From Diplonema japonicum (taxonomy: Eukaryota > Protista > Euglenozoa: Diplonemea), in assembly GCA_964019335.1 (NCBI GenBank), contig OZ025655.1, positions 558,001 to 622,000 of the forward strand: a DNA stretch of 64,000 nucleotides, in the 5' to 3' direction. The notes beneath the pieces were generated by a model. The model saw only the letters and a list, made by a program, of their open reading frames with translations. It ran no database searches and was not told the origin of the DNA. Shown one piece after another: positions 1-11,524 of the stretch (the stretch's first letter is position 1; each line of letters starts with the position of its first letter). The translations under genes and the position numbers were made by a program.

Positions 1-590
1 GATGGCAGACAGGTAGGGTGCGCTGGTCATGGTAGACGATACCACCTTAGGGTCATTTAAAAAAGTATGAACTGCTCAGAAGCAGCTTGAGAAATTGCTT
101 GAACAGCACCGTAGTGCTGACAAGCGGGTAATTGGGTAGTTTTCAACCAGCAATCTCACCATGGCGTCCCTGTTAGGTCATTGCCTATGGCTTCTTCCCG
201 AGCGCAAGGATGCCCTCCCGGAACAATGGGACCAACTCACGTTTGAAACACCAACCCTTATTCTCCCCGTGTTATGTAGCTGCATAGAAAAGAGGAAAAT
301 AGAAAAAAAGAATTGATCCGCATGAAACGGAACCGGCAGCCCTTTTCGACTTTCAAGGTTAGGAAAAGGAAAGGATTGGAAAAATAATAAATATCTGCTC
401 TTCCAACTGCAGATCGGATGCACCAGAGATGGTTCCAAAAAAGAGGGAAAGGAAAGAAAAAGAAAATAGCTTGGCTTTGAAATCAGAGCCTGAGAAGAAA
501 AAGAAAATCCAAATCGCAAAAGTCAGAAAATAATCAGGATCCCTCACAGAAAATACAACGAAGGTTCCAAATGTGAGACTCTTTCTTTAT

Positions 591-1622
591 TCAAAAAGAG
601 CGGTGGTTTTTCAACACGTTTTTCATTCCATTCGTCTTAGCAAGCTGGAGGGGCGTACGTCCCTCGGACGAGACCACCTCGGTCAGAGCACCGTACTCAA
701 GTAGCAGTTCTGCACATGAACAGTACCCGCGCCTTGCAACGTAATGTAGAGGGGTGAGATCTTGATTGTCTCTGCTGTTGATATCAGCCCCGTTCTCGAG
801 GAGGAAAGAGCAGAGCTCGTTGTTTCCGAGTTTTGCGGCGCAGTGCAGTGGGGTGCGCTCGCCTTTATCCTTGCTGTGAACATGCGTTGAAACAACATCA
901 GGGTTTCTTCGAAAAAGAAACTGTACCCCTTCCATCCAAGCAAGGCTCACTACTTTGTGGAGTAGCGTACCGCCCGTTTTGTCCCTCCACTCTAGGTCGG
1001 CTTTGAGAGTCGAAACAAAAACAGCAAAACACTCCTCTTCGCGATGCTCTGCTGCCAAGAAACACGTTTCTTTCTCCAAAGGCATCCCATAATCGAATAG
1101 CAACTGTGCCATCTTAAGTCGTTTGGTTTTCGCACAGAAGGACAGGTTACAACCATCGTACTTCTCCCAGTCATAAACGTGCGTCTGTAGCATGTACTCA
1201 ACTAACGGGAAAGAACACCATTGCACTCCGCAGGAAAGGATGCCGTTTGGGGGCAAGAAAACATGGTCCGGGTACGCTTCCATCATAATCAAGAGTGTGC
1301 TTCCCTTGTCTTCTGTTCGTCTTAAACGTAGTGTTGAATAGTCTTTCTTGGGACCAGCGCCAAATCCGAGGTGCGAGAGTTTCAGTTTTGCAGCACCAGC
1401 TCGGTCTACTATTACCTCCAACTCTGCGTCATCAACAATGTCTGTCTTTCCCATCAAGCCATCTGGAAGGGGTTCTCCTTCATACAATAGTTTAAAGCAC
1501 CTCGGGTGCATGTCAAGTTTGTCAGACACCATCTTTCTTAAACGTTTCATGGAAGTGGATTCAACGACCTCTACAGCGCCCACCATAGAACCCTCAACCG
1601 TTAAATGCAAAGTGATGGACAT
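591..1622 (-). CDS. Ubiquitin-like domain + ankyrin repeat protein (343 aa)
   Basis: N-terminal UBL-like segment (MKRLRKMVSDKL..FKLLYEGEPL). C-terminal ankyrin repeats (GGTLLHKVV, ERTPLHCAA..GADINSRD, LTPLHYVA, GRTPLQLA). ATG 1622 follows a T-tract/CAG acceptor-like site. Confidence 0.85.
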   Translation of the reverse strand: MSITLHLTVEGSMVGAVEVVESTSMKRLRKMVSDKLDMHPRCFKLLYEGEPLPDGLMGKTDIVDDAELEVIVDRAGAAKLKLSHLGFGAGPKKDYSTLRLRRTEDKGSTLLIMMEAYPDHVFLPPNGILSCGVQWCSFPLVEYMLQTHVYDWEKYDGCNLSFCAKTKRLKMAQLLFDYGMPLEKETCFLAAEHREEECFAVFVSTLKADLEWRDKTGGTLLHKVVSLAWMEGVQFLFRRNPDVVSTHVHSKDKGERTPLHCAAKLGNNELCSFLLENGADINSRDNQDLTPLHYVARRGYCSCAELLLEYGALTEVVSSEGRTPLQLAKTNGMKNVLKNHRSF

Positions 1623-3362
1623 GTTTGCCTGTGCCAAAAAAAAAAAAAAAAAGGTGATACTTTCTCGATTAATGCGTGTCATCCTTGCGCAGGGACCATG
1701 CTAATCTTCTCTGTATCGATCCAATTTTAACGGATGTTCCATTTCTGGACTCCAGTGAATAAATTTTCTTTAAAGGGGGGTTATCATCGTGTGACTGCAT
1801 AAATACAAAACGCAGGTATGCCCCGATCCGAACCAATGGCCTCAAATGTTTTTTTTTTTTTACCACCGTATTTTCTTTTACCTCAGGCATGAAATAGAAC
1901 AAGAAGCAAGAAGTAGAAACACAAAAATGTACCAGAAGGCTACTTTTTAGTTTGCTGTGCCTGCATCGTTTTCCTGTTGTTTTTTTTGGTTGAAAAACTT
2001 GTCAAAATAAAAGGGGGGGGGGGGGGGGGGGGGAGAAATAGAAAGCACCGAAATCGAATCAGTGTAACCTCGTGCGAAAGGGCGCAAGGACCCAGGCAAG
2101 GCGTGTTCTCGAGGAAAGGGGAAGTTCAACTCATGTGTCTTCGGGCAGGGCAGTCTGAGCAAAGGCACTGAAATCGAATCGGTGTGACTTCCGAGTGAGA
2201 TATTGGGAAGGTAATACCCGAAAGGGCCTGTGTGGTTTAAAATATTTCCTAAGAAGGAGGCAACTTCTTTAGAGGATCCCCTTTCGCGACCAAATCGGAA
2301 GGACCAGCCACTGACCCCTTCCTTTTTTTTGTTCCCCGTACACATACTTATTGAGAACTAATGTGTACTCAGGATTCGAGGTTTGGTGTACAATTCCTAA
2401 AGGGTCCACAACATTTGCCAGGGTACCGAGGAAGCCCATGGTTCACTGCCCCACCCTGCCCCCCTTTAAGCTGTTTAATGATTTCTCTTTTATGACATCT
2501 GCGTTGAAATACCATCTTTTTCTTACTAAGAAACAAAACAAAGTGGGGATATTTTGCAGGTGGGGGGGGGGGGGGGGGGGAGGAATAAAACACAAACATA
2601 GCTCGGGGCAGGGGATGGGGTTTTTTTTCTTTTCTTCGGCTGATTTATTTTTATATGGTTTTTTCTTCTTTTTTCTTTGCGGCTTTTTTGCAGCATCTAA
2701 CGGGAGGGGAAGAAGGGAGCCGAGAAAAGTTTCACGGCAGCCAAGAAAAGAGCAAGAGAAAGAAAAAGAGGAGGGAATAAAAAGAAAAAAAAAAAAGAAA
2801 AAAAAGAAAAAAAAAAACGTTTGGTGACACCCGCTGAGCTCAGATAACCTCAGTCCGGGCATCAAGCCTAACCAGTCTTGCTTTCTTGAAAGAGAAAAAG
2901 CTAGTGACCTCTAGCGTGCCAAATAAATGGAAATCGCCAGCCACTAAATATATCTTCCATTTCTTTACTCAACAAATCTGCTCACTCTTTTTTTCTTTCC
3001 TCTTCTCTCTTGCTTTCGCTCTTACTTGCTCTTGTAAAGGGTCAAATAAAGGACACCAATACTTAATAATAATAATAAATAAATAAATAAAAAAACAGAT
3101 ACTGTAGCTGTGGAGGCACATCCAGCTAAACGTATGTTTTGATGTCAAACAAACAGACCAGGTTAGTTGACGACATATACAAAAAAAGAAGGGGGGGATA
3201 AAAAAAGGTAACCAGCTTTCGTTCGCTTAAAAATAAAATAAAATAAACTGCACATTACATAACGGTCGCCATCAAACCGACAAAAAAAGAAAAGAAAGGG
3301 AAGATAACATACATGAGAGAGAAGGGGAGAAGGGGGGGTTGTTTCTGTTTTCAAGTTGGAGG

Positions 3363-6300
3363 TCATCTCCAGATTGTACGTGGGGCATGGGTAGATTGCA
3401 TGTATCTCCCAGGTGACACCTTTGTTATTGTTGTTGTTGCCTGCAGACATACCCTTCTGTTTATGGATGGAGTACGCCCCGGGTTTTCATAACTCACCGG
3501 GGGTGTGTGACTTTGCTTCATCACTGTTGACGATCGAGGCGTACGTGGCGCAGTGGGGGACTGGTACCGCTTAGTCATGGACGGTCGAGGGGGTGGTGCC
3601 ACAGGCCTTGCCATGCTTGGTGGGTGTTCATCTAACCTACTCAGCAATTCGTTGTTGCTCTGCAACCTCTTCTCGAGCATCATTAAAACAGCATCGTCTA
3701 CTTCGGCCTCTGTCATGTGGTGGTTATCGGTAATCTGCGACAAATGCCCCGCCAACGTCTCTACTTTTTTCGGATCCCCCGCACTGCTCTTTTTCATTGT
3801 CCTCACCAAGCTGTACAACGATGGGTTCGACATATCAGCCTAAAGTAGTTTAAGATAGATGACTCATATGCATACCAACTTCTTCTCCGCATGCTTCTTT
3901 GCCGTTCTCACAAGCTCGAACTCCGACACAAGCTCCCTGTGGGTATGTCCAAGCTTCATCATATCCTTACGACACGTCGCCAGCTCTTTCCTCAGCGCTT
4001 GCTCGACCTGGTTTGAGTGATGTGACGCGACTGCGAAGCATACATTTGTCTCCATGCTTGCCCTTTTTAGCTCTTCCATGTCTTTTGCTTGTTCAAGCAG
4101 TTGGCGATCTTTGCGAGACAGTTCCTGTGTTTGTTTTTAAGTAGGAAGGGTTCTGACAGCCTAGAAGGGAAAAAAAGGAACCCCGTGCGGGACTTGAACC
4201 CGCAACCTTTGGATTCGAAGTCCAACGCGCTATCCATTGCGCCAACGGGGCACACAATCGGCGCCCGCGGAAGTGTCAAAAGGCAAAGACAACTATACCT
4301 CTTCCATCATTCTGCAATTTGTCTGAAGAGCCACCAACTCGTGTTCATTGAGCGGCTCCTGCAGAGGATTGCATGGACACTGACACATACCCTTCTTGAA
4401 TGGAGCTCTTGCCTGAGTGCATGGCATTCTTTTTGAGATTCGTGCAGCATGCCCTGCATCTCTTCGAGGCGTGCCTGAGATATGTAAATGAGGTGCAAGA
4501 AACATACCGCCAGAGCAACGTTTTCTTGCTGCGGCATTTTTGCATGCTTCAATTGCGTGTGTAGTTTTGCAGTGTCGGCAATGCCGACAGCAACAGCTGC
4601 TCGAGCTTCCTGAAGCTGCGTGCGTAGTTCTGCTGAACCCATCTCGCGCTGGCGTTTTATCTCACCCTCAGCGTGTGTGATTTTTTTTTCTAAGGCCATC
4701 CTTCTTGTAGTCTCAGCCATCCCAGCAACGACAGCAGCCCTCGCTTCCGCCAGTTGTGTTCTTAGGACTTCGCCGTCCTTTTGCGATGAAGCAAGCACAG
4801 TTTCAAGTTCTTCCAATTCTTTCGATTCCTTATTAACCTCATCCTGTTTCACAGCTGCTATTTCGTCCTTCAGGCACCTTATTGTCTCCCCATACCCGAG
4901 GAGTTCGCGTCGAAGCTTCTTGCTCTCTTCCCCGCTTGCAGCTTGAATTGCTTCAACCTCTGCCTGCTTCGCAAGGTACCGTGATTCTATCGCTGCGGCC
5001 TCTTCCCGAGAAGCTTCATCCTTCGCAATGATGTCTTCTTTCAACACCTTGATCACTTCGTCCTTCCCGTTCAACAGCTGCTGCACACCTGCCTCCTTTT
5101 TCTCAAACTCTTTCCTTGCTATCAGTAGCTCTTCTTCAGCTGCCGCCGCTTTCTTCTTTTGTGCACTCAGTTTCTCTGTGATACCCCTCACCGACATATC
5201 CTTCTCTTCCATCTCCCTCTCGAGGTTCGGGATGCACACCACCCTGTTCTCTAAGATAGCGATCTGCTTCTGCAAGTCAGCGATCTGCTCTTTCTGCTCC
5301 CTGCACGACTCTTGAACAGAAGCAAGGAGATCTTTCTTCGCAGAAACTTCCAGGCATTTGCTTTCCAAGCTCTTTTTAGTCGTTTCCTGTTCAACGCGCT
5401 GTGCTTCTAGCTGTGTTTTCAATGCCTCCAGCTCAGAGGTACACTCACTGAACACGGCTTCACGTGAGTTGTGTCGCTCACTTTCTTCACTAAGCTCCCT
5501 GTGGAACTGTGTCAGCTCTTCCTTCAAAGCTTCTATATCGTTGTTCTTCTTTGTTAACATGTCTTGGTGCTGCTTCAGCTCCGCCTTGCAGTTTTCCAAC
5601 TCGATGTCCATACTTGCGGCTTTCTCAACAATTGCACTTTGTTCATTGATGCAGCTCTTCAGCTCTTCGCCTTTCTCCTCCTGTGCGCGCAGTTGGTCAC
5701 TCAAGACGCCATTTTGTGTCTCGAGGTGGTCGCATATACCCTTAAATTCTTCGTTCTTGCTTTGCAATTGTATGATTTCCTGCTCTTGGAATCGAACCTG
5801 TTCCTCCAGACCGCCCACGTTGCTCTGGTTGGTCTCAAGTGCTTCCATGTTCTTTTTGAGCGTTTTGTTCTGCTGCTGCAGTTCTGCAACATCGCGTTCC
5901 TTATCAGACATCAGCTCCCTCAATTCACTAGTCTGGCGTTCGAAGGCACTGATTTCCTCTCTCATGCTGAGACTCTCCTTCTGTCGAAGTGCAGCATCCT
6001 CCTCGCTAGCGTGTAGCCTTTCCGTTAAGTCAGCCGCTTGATGCTCTAGAACATTAGCCTCCTTCCTGTCACTGTCCGCCTGCTGTAGTTCTGCTTCTTT
6101 CGCACGCAGCTGCATTTCCAGTTCTTTCACCTGCTTGCCGAGTTGCTCAATTTTGTGATTTTCGGACATATTGGATGCTTGTCTTTCTAAGGATATAACC
6201 TCTTCGACTTCTTTATCGATTGCTTCCTTCGCTTCAGGTGCCTCTTCTGCAAGCTGCCTATGTCTCTCATCTAAGGAGTAGTATTCGCTGCGTAAGGTGT

Positions 6301-7336
6301 CTAACTCTTCTGTCTTCGTCTGCAGGTCGCTCTCACGCTCCTTCAAGAGCACTCTGGCCTCCTCCAGTGCAATACGCGTCTCGTCGTATTTGCTTTGGAG
6401 CTCCGCCATCCGTGCGTCCTCGCCTTCCTGACCACCCGACGGTGCCGGCTCTTCAGAGGTCGCAGCAATGATCGAGATCTCTGGTATGGTTTGCTCCTGG
6501 GGCTTCTGAAGGCTCCCGATCAATGCATCCTTCTCGAGGAGCAACGTTTCGCTTTTCACGTTCTCATGCTGCAGCTTCAGGTTCTGTTCTTCCAGATTCA
6601 CGATCTGGTTCCTCAAGCCCTCTAATTTTGCATGGCATGCTGTCATCAGCTTGCCGTTTGTCTTAGCAGAGGTCGCTTCGTGCCTCTCAAGAGACTGCTG
6701 TAGTTGCACCACTTCGTTGAGGGCCTCGGCAGTTTTGAGCGTTTCTCTTTCCAAGGTGTTTTCAAGGACGGTGATCTCGGTGGCTGCCAAGCGGCGGTCC
6801 TCTGTGAGGGAGCTGATTTTGAGTTCGAGTGCTTGGTGTTCGTCGTGACGTGCGCCGGTGGCGAGCATGGTTTCGTCCTCGTGAGCCGAGGCCATGTCTT
6901 TGAGCTCTTGAAGCAACGCAGGAACAAGTGCACTGTCGGTCTGGGGGCGGGGTGCAAGGGTGGGAAAAATGGTGGAACGTGTTGATGCAGGGAGGTCGTC
7001 TAAGCGGTCTAACAAGGATTCAGAACGAATCTCCTGCCTCCTGTGCGACTGGGAAAGCTCGTTGAGGTATCCCTTCAGAAGCTCATTCTGCTTCTCCTGC
7101 TGTTCAATCTCCTCTTGCATCATCTCAGCCCGCTCTAAGGTGCGGCGAAAGACCTCCGGATCAATCCCACCCACCGGCATTTCTTCCTTCAGTTTTTGTA
7201 TTTCCTCTCCCGCGGCATTCAGCTTTGCTCGAAGGCCCGATGTACCTTTAAGCGCAATGTCTTTCATTTGAATGTCCTTGTCCCTCTGCGCCAGCTGTTG
7301 TTTCAGCTGGCTGATCTCATTTTCTTCGTCAGACAT
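3363..7336 (-). CDS. Long coiled-coil protein (~1,209 aa spliced), 7 exons
   Basis: E/K/Q/L heptad-rich. GT-AG introns at 4475-4507, 4359-4390, 4125-4298, 4008-4043, 3840-3875 and 3420-3452 join ORFs 4307..7336, 3864..4079 and 3363..3833 in frame (3,630 nt). Confidence 0.8.
4170..4176 (-). terminator. Pol III oligo-T terminator of the tRNA
   Basis: T7 run 2 nt after the tRNA 3' end on the minus strand. Confidence 0.75.
4179..4251 (-). tRNA. trnR-UCG: tRNA-Arg (anticodon UCG), intronic
   Basis: 73-nt cloverleaf: acceptor GCCCCGT/ACGGGGT, D-arm GCGC-AATGGATA-GCGC, anticodon arm TTGGA-CT TCG AA-TCCAA, T-arm GCGGG-TTCAAGT-CCCGC. Confidence 0.97.
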
Positions 7337-7989
7337 TTGCAGGGATTACTGTTGGCCAGGGAGGGTCCCCCTCCTGAGATGGTGGTTTTTCTTTTTTTTT
7401 TTTTTTTTTTTCTTTTTTTTTTGATTGAAAACAAAATGAAGAAGAAAAAAAAGTAAAGCAGTTAACAAAGGTTTCTTTGCATGTAGAAGTAAAAAAAGAA
7501 AAGAGAAACAAAGAAGTAAAAAAAAAAGAAAAAAAAAAAGTATAAAAAGAAAACACACAGAAAAAGAAACATTCGAAGAAGAAAAAAAGAAAAATTGAAA
7601 CAGAGAGGGAGAAATAAAAAAGTTTTTTTTTTTCTTTTTTCTTTTTTTTTTTAAAATAAGAATGGTCCCTTTTCCTCTCCTCTTTCTTAAAAAGAAAGAA
7701 AAAGAAAAAAATACCCTCTTTTTCCTTTTCATTTCTTTACTGTAACTTTTTTTAGAACCTTATTTTCAAGTCTGGTTTTCTCTCTTAATTTGTCCCTATT
7801 TCCCCCTTTATTTTTTTCCATCGATTCCTTTTTTTGTTGCAACCCTTTTTTTCTTCTCCTCTGCCCCGTACCAGTTTCCCCATTATTCTTCCTCTTATTT
7901 TCCTTTGCTCTCAACACAGAGCTTCCCTTAGCAGGAAAATGTGTCACGAAGCGAAAGAAAAACCCAAGAAGAAGAGGGGAAAAAGCGGG

Positions 7990-8020
<31 letters not shown>

Positions 8021-8178
8021 AAGAGAAGAAAAAAAAAAAGTTAAGTGGTAAAGGAATCCCAACGAAAAAACACAAGAAGAGAAAATAAGAAGGGGGACGG
8101 AAAAAGAAAGAAAAACATGGACAGGCAGGTTTGTGTTGTGATACAGAACTTGTAAAGAGGAGAGTTTCGGGGACTTTC

Positions 8179-8209
<31 letters not shown>

Positions 8210-8490
8210 AGAAGCGCCAACATACATGTAATATTAGTCAAGTAAAGGGCATCAATCAGAAACGGTGCCCTCGGGGGTTTTTTTTTGTTCGTAAAAAGCT
8301 GAGGAAAAGGAGGAGGGTCAAGAGGTAGTTAGAGGTACGTAGCTAGAGAATCGTTAATTTATTTCTTTTTTCTTTCTTTTTTTTTTTCTTGCCCCTCCCC
8401 CCATTCATTATTGTTTCCTCAAGTCAAGATTTTTTTTTTTTTTTTTTTTTTCTGAGGCGGCTCCTTTGTTTTTCCTCTTCCTTCTTTTGG

Positions 8491-8907
8491 TTACTGTTCG
8501 GCAGCAGGTTTGGGAATTGAAGCAGCAACTGCCTCATCCATGGCCTGCTTCTTCCCCCATTTCTTCTCATTGGCATCGTACAGCCTCTCCAGGAAGGACT
8601 CACAGTCGTAGCCGTCCTGTGCCACAGTCTCGATGCCCTTGGGGTACTTCCCGTCGTACTTCATCTTCTGCACGAACCCACCGCACTTCTGGAAGTCAGC
8701 CTCAGGCATTGCCTCGTCCGGCCTCGACCATGTCCTCTTCCCAGAGCTGTTGTTAACATAGAACTTCTTACCGTCAGGCCTCTCGTGCTCCACCCACCCT
8801 TCACCGATGTCCATCTCACTGCGGCCCTCCTTCCCCATGTCGCAGGTGATCCCCACAGTGTTGGACATGGAGCCCATGTAGCTGGCCATCAAGATTTCAC
8901 GGAACAT
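8491..8907 (-). CDS. Small WW-domain protein, copy A (138 aa)
   Basis: WW motif GWVEHERPDGKKFYVNNSSGKRTWSRP. GC-rich coding island. ATG follows a poly-A leader; the ORF-track N-terminal extension is homopolymer read-through. Confidence 0.85.
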   Translation of the reverse strand: MFREILMASYMGSMSNTVGITCDMGKEGRSEMDIGEGWVEHERPDGKKFYVNNSSGKRTWSRPDEAMPEADFQKCGGFVQKMKYDGKYPKGIETVAQDGYDCESFLERLYDANEKKWGKKQAMDEAVAASIPKPAAEQ

Positions 8908-9008
8908 TTTGTTGTTTTTTTTTTTTTTTTTTTTTTTTTTGTTGATAAAACAGAAAGTAATGAGCTGCAAAAAAATGGAAGTGAAATTTCCTTGCATTGA
9001 ATTTGAAA

Positions 9009-9041
<33 letters not shown>

Positions 9042-10179
9042 AAAACACTAAAAGAGAAGAAAAAAACTTGCATTTTTTTCTCTCTTGTTGGTAGAAAAAA
9101 GAAGGGGGGGGTGGGGGAAGGGATGGAAAAGTGGGAAGGAAAAAAAAAAAAAAAAAAGAGAAAGAAAAATCACCAGTGTGATGAACGAAGAGAAAGGTTC
9201 TGCACGCATAAAGAGCCAGCTTTTCTAAATAGCGCAGATAAATTTCTCTTTTTTCTTCTCTTTTTTTTCCCTCCCCCCTTTACTATCTTCTCCCCCCCCC
9301 CCCCCCCCCCCCCCGGAATCCCTTTTCTTTCTGTAACAGCGGAAACGACATTTAAAAAAAAAGGGGGTATATCAAAGAAGAAATAAAAACGGCTCTCTGA
9401 AGAACGGAACATCTTGAGACCCTTGTGGGAATCTTCCTTGCGCTTTGGGGTGCGAAATGAAATACTCCCGGACTGACCGGACTGACAAATGGTTCTTTTT
9501 CGGGGAACTTGTCCGGGGTGGGGCGGGGCGGGGCGGGGGGTGTCCGACATTATTATTTTTTTTTTTCCAACTTTACAGCAATACACACAGCTCACACATT
9601 GTTAAGTCAAGTGTGGGAAAATTAACGAAAAAAAAAAAAAAAAAAAAAGAGGGGCAAGAATGGGATGCTAGTGTAACGGATGGTAATCAGTAGTGGTGGC
9701 TAAAGCTCCTACTGGGCGGCTGTAGTTGGCCTCCAAGTATCTTCCTGGTTTAATATTGGTGCTGAGGGTGTTGCTACTGGGGCAGGGGTAGCAGCAACTG
9801 CCTCATCCATGGCCTGCTTCCTCCCCCATTTCTTCTCATTGGCATCGTACAGCCTCTCCAGGAAGGACTCACAGTCGTAGCCGTCCTGTGCCACAGTCTC
9901 GATGCCCTTGGGGTACTTCCCGTCGTACTTCATCTTCTGCACGAACCCACCGCACTTCTGGAAGTCAGCCTCAGGCATTGCCTCGTCCGGCCTCGACCAT
10001 GTCCTCTTCCCAGAGCTGCTGTTCACATAGAACTTCTTACCGTCAGGCCTCTCGTGCTCCACCCACCCTTCACCGATGTCCATCTCACTGCGGCCCTCCT
10101 TCCCCATGTCGCAGGTGATCCCCACAGTGTTGGACATGGAGCCCATGTAGCTGGCCATCATGATTTCACGGAACATTTT
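8521..10179. repeat. Direct repeat ~390 bp (8521-8910 vs 9790-10179), coding region only
   Basis: Only about four substitutions seen between copies; flanks do not align. Confidence 0.9.
9709..10176 (-). CDS. Small WW-domain protein, copy B (155 aa)
   Basis: Near-identical to copy A up to DEAVAA, then a different C-terminal tail. Confidence 0.85.
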   Translation of the reverse strand: MFREIMMASYMGSMSNTVGITCDMGKEGRSEMDIGEGWVEHERPDGKKFYVNSSSGKRTWSRPDEAMPEADFQKCGGFVQKMKYDGKYPKGIETVAQDGYDCESFLERLYDANEKKWGRKQAMDEAVAATPAPVATPSAPILNQEDTWRPTTAAQ

Positions 10180-10438
10180 TTTCTTTTTTTTTTTTTTTTT
10201 TGTATGTTCAAAAGAGGCCTTTTTTCTTCTTTTTTTTTTTTCATTCCAGCACAAGAAAAAAAAAAACAAATTTAATAATTTCCCAGCGGACTTTCCGATT
10301 CCAAGGGAAAAAAAAAAAGAAAAAAAAAAAAAAAAAAAAAAAGAAAGAAAGAAAAAAAACACACACTTTAACTTTTCTTCCCCTTCTTCTCCTTCTGGGG
10401 GTGTGGAGGGGACGTTCATCTAAATCTAATATTCTAGT

Positions 10439-11254
10439 CTATTTGAGAAATCGTAAGCAGAGGATGACGTCCTTAAGTACAGGCGATGACACATCCGCGT
10501 TCAGCTTCAGCGTTATCCTTGTGTTTGCCGGAAGCCAAAGAAGATCGTTGATGGTGTGCCCGGTGAGGCACAGCGCACCTCGTTTAGTTTTTGACGAAGG
10601 AAGGTACGACCGACAAGACCGCGACACGAGAGACTCATCACCATTTATGTATAAAGAAGGTCTGACAGGGTCCTGCGAGAAAAGACCTGCGGTGATGTGG
10701 TAGATCCCGGAAGGGATGGTGAAGATGGTGTGCGCCTCACGGGGGGACCAGTCGAAGACTGAGGAAGGCCCTGACTGGTGGGAACGTGCTGTCCATTCAA
10801 TTCCGTTATGCCTCGATGTTGCAAGTGTTGATGCTTTACATGTCCATTTAGAAACAGGGTCTTCATATGAAACTATGGGTGCAGGAGAGGTGGATACTCG
10901 CGCAGTCTCGTGTATAGCTTTTATTTCACTTTTCAGTTGTTCGATATCTCTTGATCTCTGTGGAGGTGACTCTGGGGCAAACCTAACTTGGTTTGAATGT
11001 CTCACCATAGCATCCACGTCTCCGATGGTAGGGGTTTCGCGGAGTTTTCTCGCCAGTGCTTCCATGGACCCTCCCAGCCCTTCTACCTTCTCCTCCAACA
11101 TCCTTAGCCTTTCCTCAAGTGCATTGTTTCGTTTTCTTTCCCTCTCTCTTACTTGCATCTCACCAAACACCACTTCCAACGCCTGTCTCACTACCCTTTG
11201 CACGTTCTTCCATTCCCCCACCCCGCCAATCAGCCCATCAAGAAGCTCACCCAT
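10439..11254 (-). CDS. Hypothetical protein, N-terminal coiled coil + C-terminal beta-sandwich (C1q/TNF-like?)
   Basis: EWKNVQRVVRQAL helix and coiled coil, then beta-rich IFTIPSGIYHITAGLF..LYINGD..LWLPANTRITL. The fold assignment is inference. Confidence 0.65.
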   Translation of the reverse strand: MGELLDGLIGGVGEWKNVQRVVRQALEVVFGEMQVRERERKRNNALEERLRMLEEKVEGLGGSMEALARKLRETPTIGDVDAMVRHSNQVRFAPESPPQRSRDIEQLKSEIKAIHETARVSTSPAPIVSYEDPVSKWTCKASTLATSRHNGIEWTARSHQSGPSSVFDWSPREAHTIFTIPSGIYHITAGLFSQDPVRPSLYINGDESLVSRSCRSYLPSSKTKRGALCLTGHTINDLLWLPANTRITLKLNADVSSPVLKDVILCLRFLK

Positions 11255-11524
11255 GTTTCCTCTGTTTTTAATTTTTTTTTTTTTTTCCCCCAGGAAGCAG
11301 AATTTCAAAAAAAAAAAATAATAATAATGCGAACTCGGGGGGGGGGGGGGGGGGGGTTTATGAAGAAATTTCTTTTCATGGAACTGGCGGGACGCGTGGT
11401 GTTCCGTTTCAAATCTAAAAAAAAAGAAAAAGGGACAAAATCTAAAAAAAAAAAAAAAAAAAAGTGGCATCAAAGGCGGGATTGGGTACGAGAAAAGAAT
11501 AACGAAAAAAAAGGGGGGGGAGCT

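Noticed and set aside
1-290. Complex sequence after an acceptor-like TTTTCTATGCAG at the window start
   Set aside because: All three minus-strand frames contain stops and no motif is recognisable; cannot be called without flanking sequence.
2341-2520. Candidate snRNA, SL RNA or C/D snoRNA (ATACTTA, CTGA motifs)
   Set aside because: No full U1, U2, U6 or spliced-leader signature and no box C; the short matches are expected by chance.
7346-8328. Poly-Lys/poly-Phe ORFs here and near 2351-2865, 29275-29927 and 51965-52780
   Set aside because: Translations of A/T homopolymer spacers with no coding signal.
9170-9550. Possible small gene (MSDTPRPAPPHPG...) between the WW copies
   Set aside because: The ATG follows an A-rich leader, but the frame runs into homopolymers with no motif or plausible end; unsupported.
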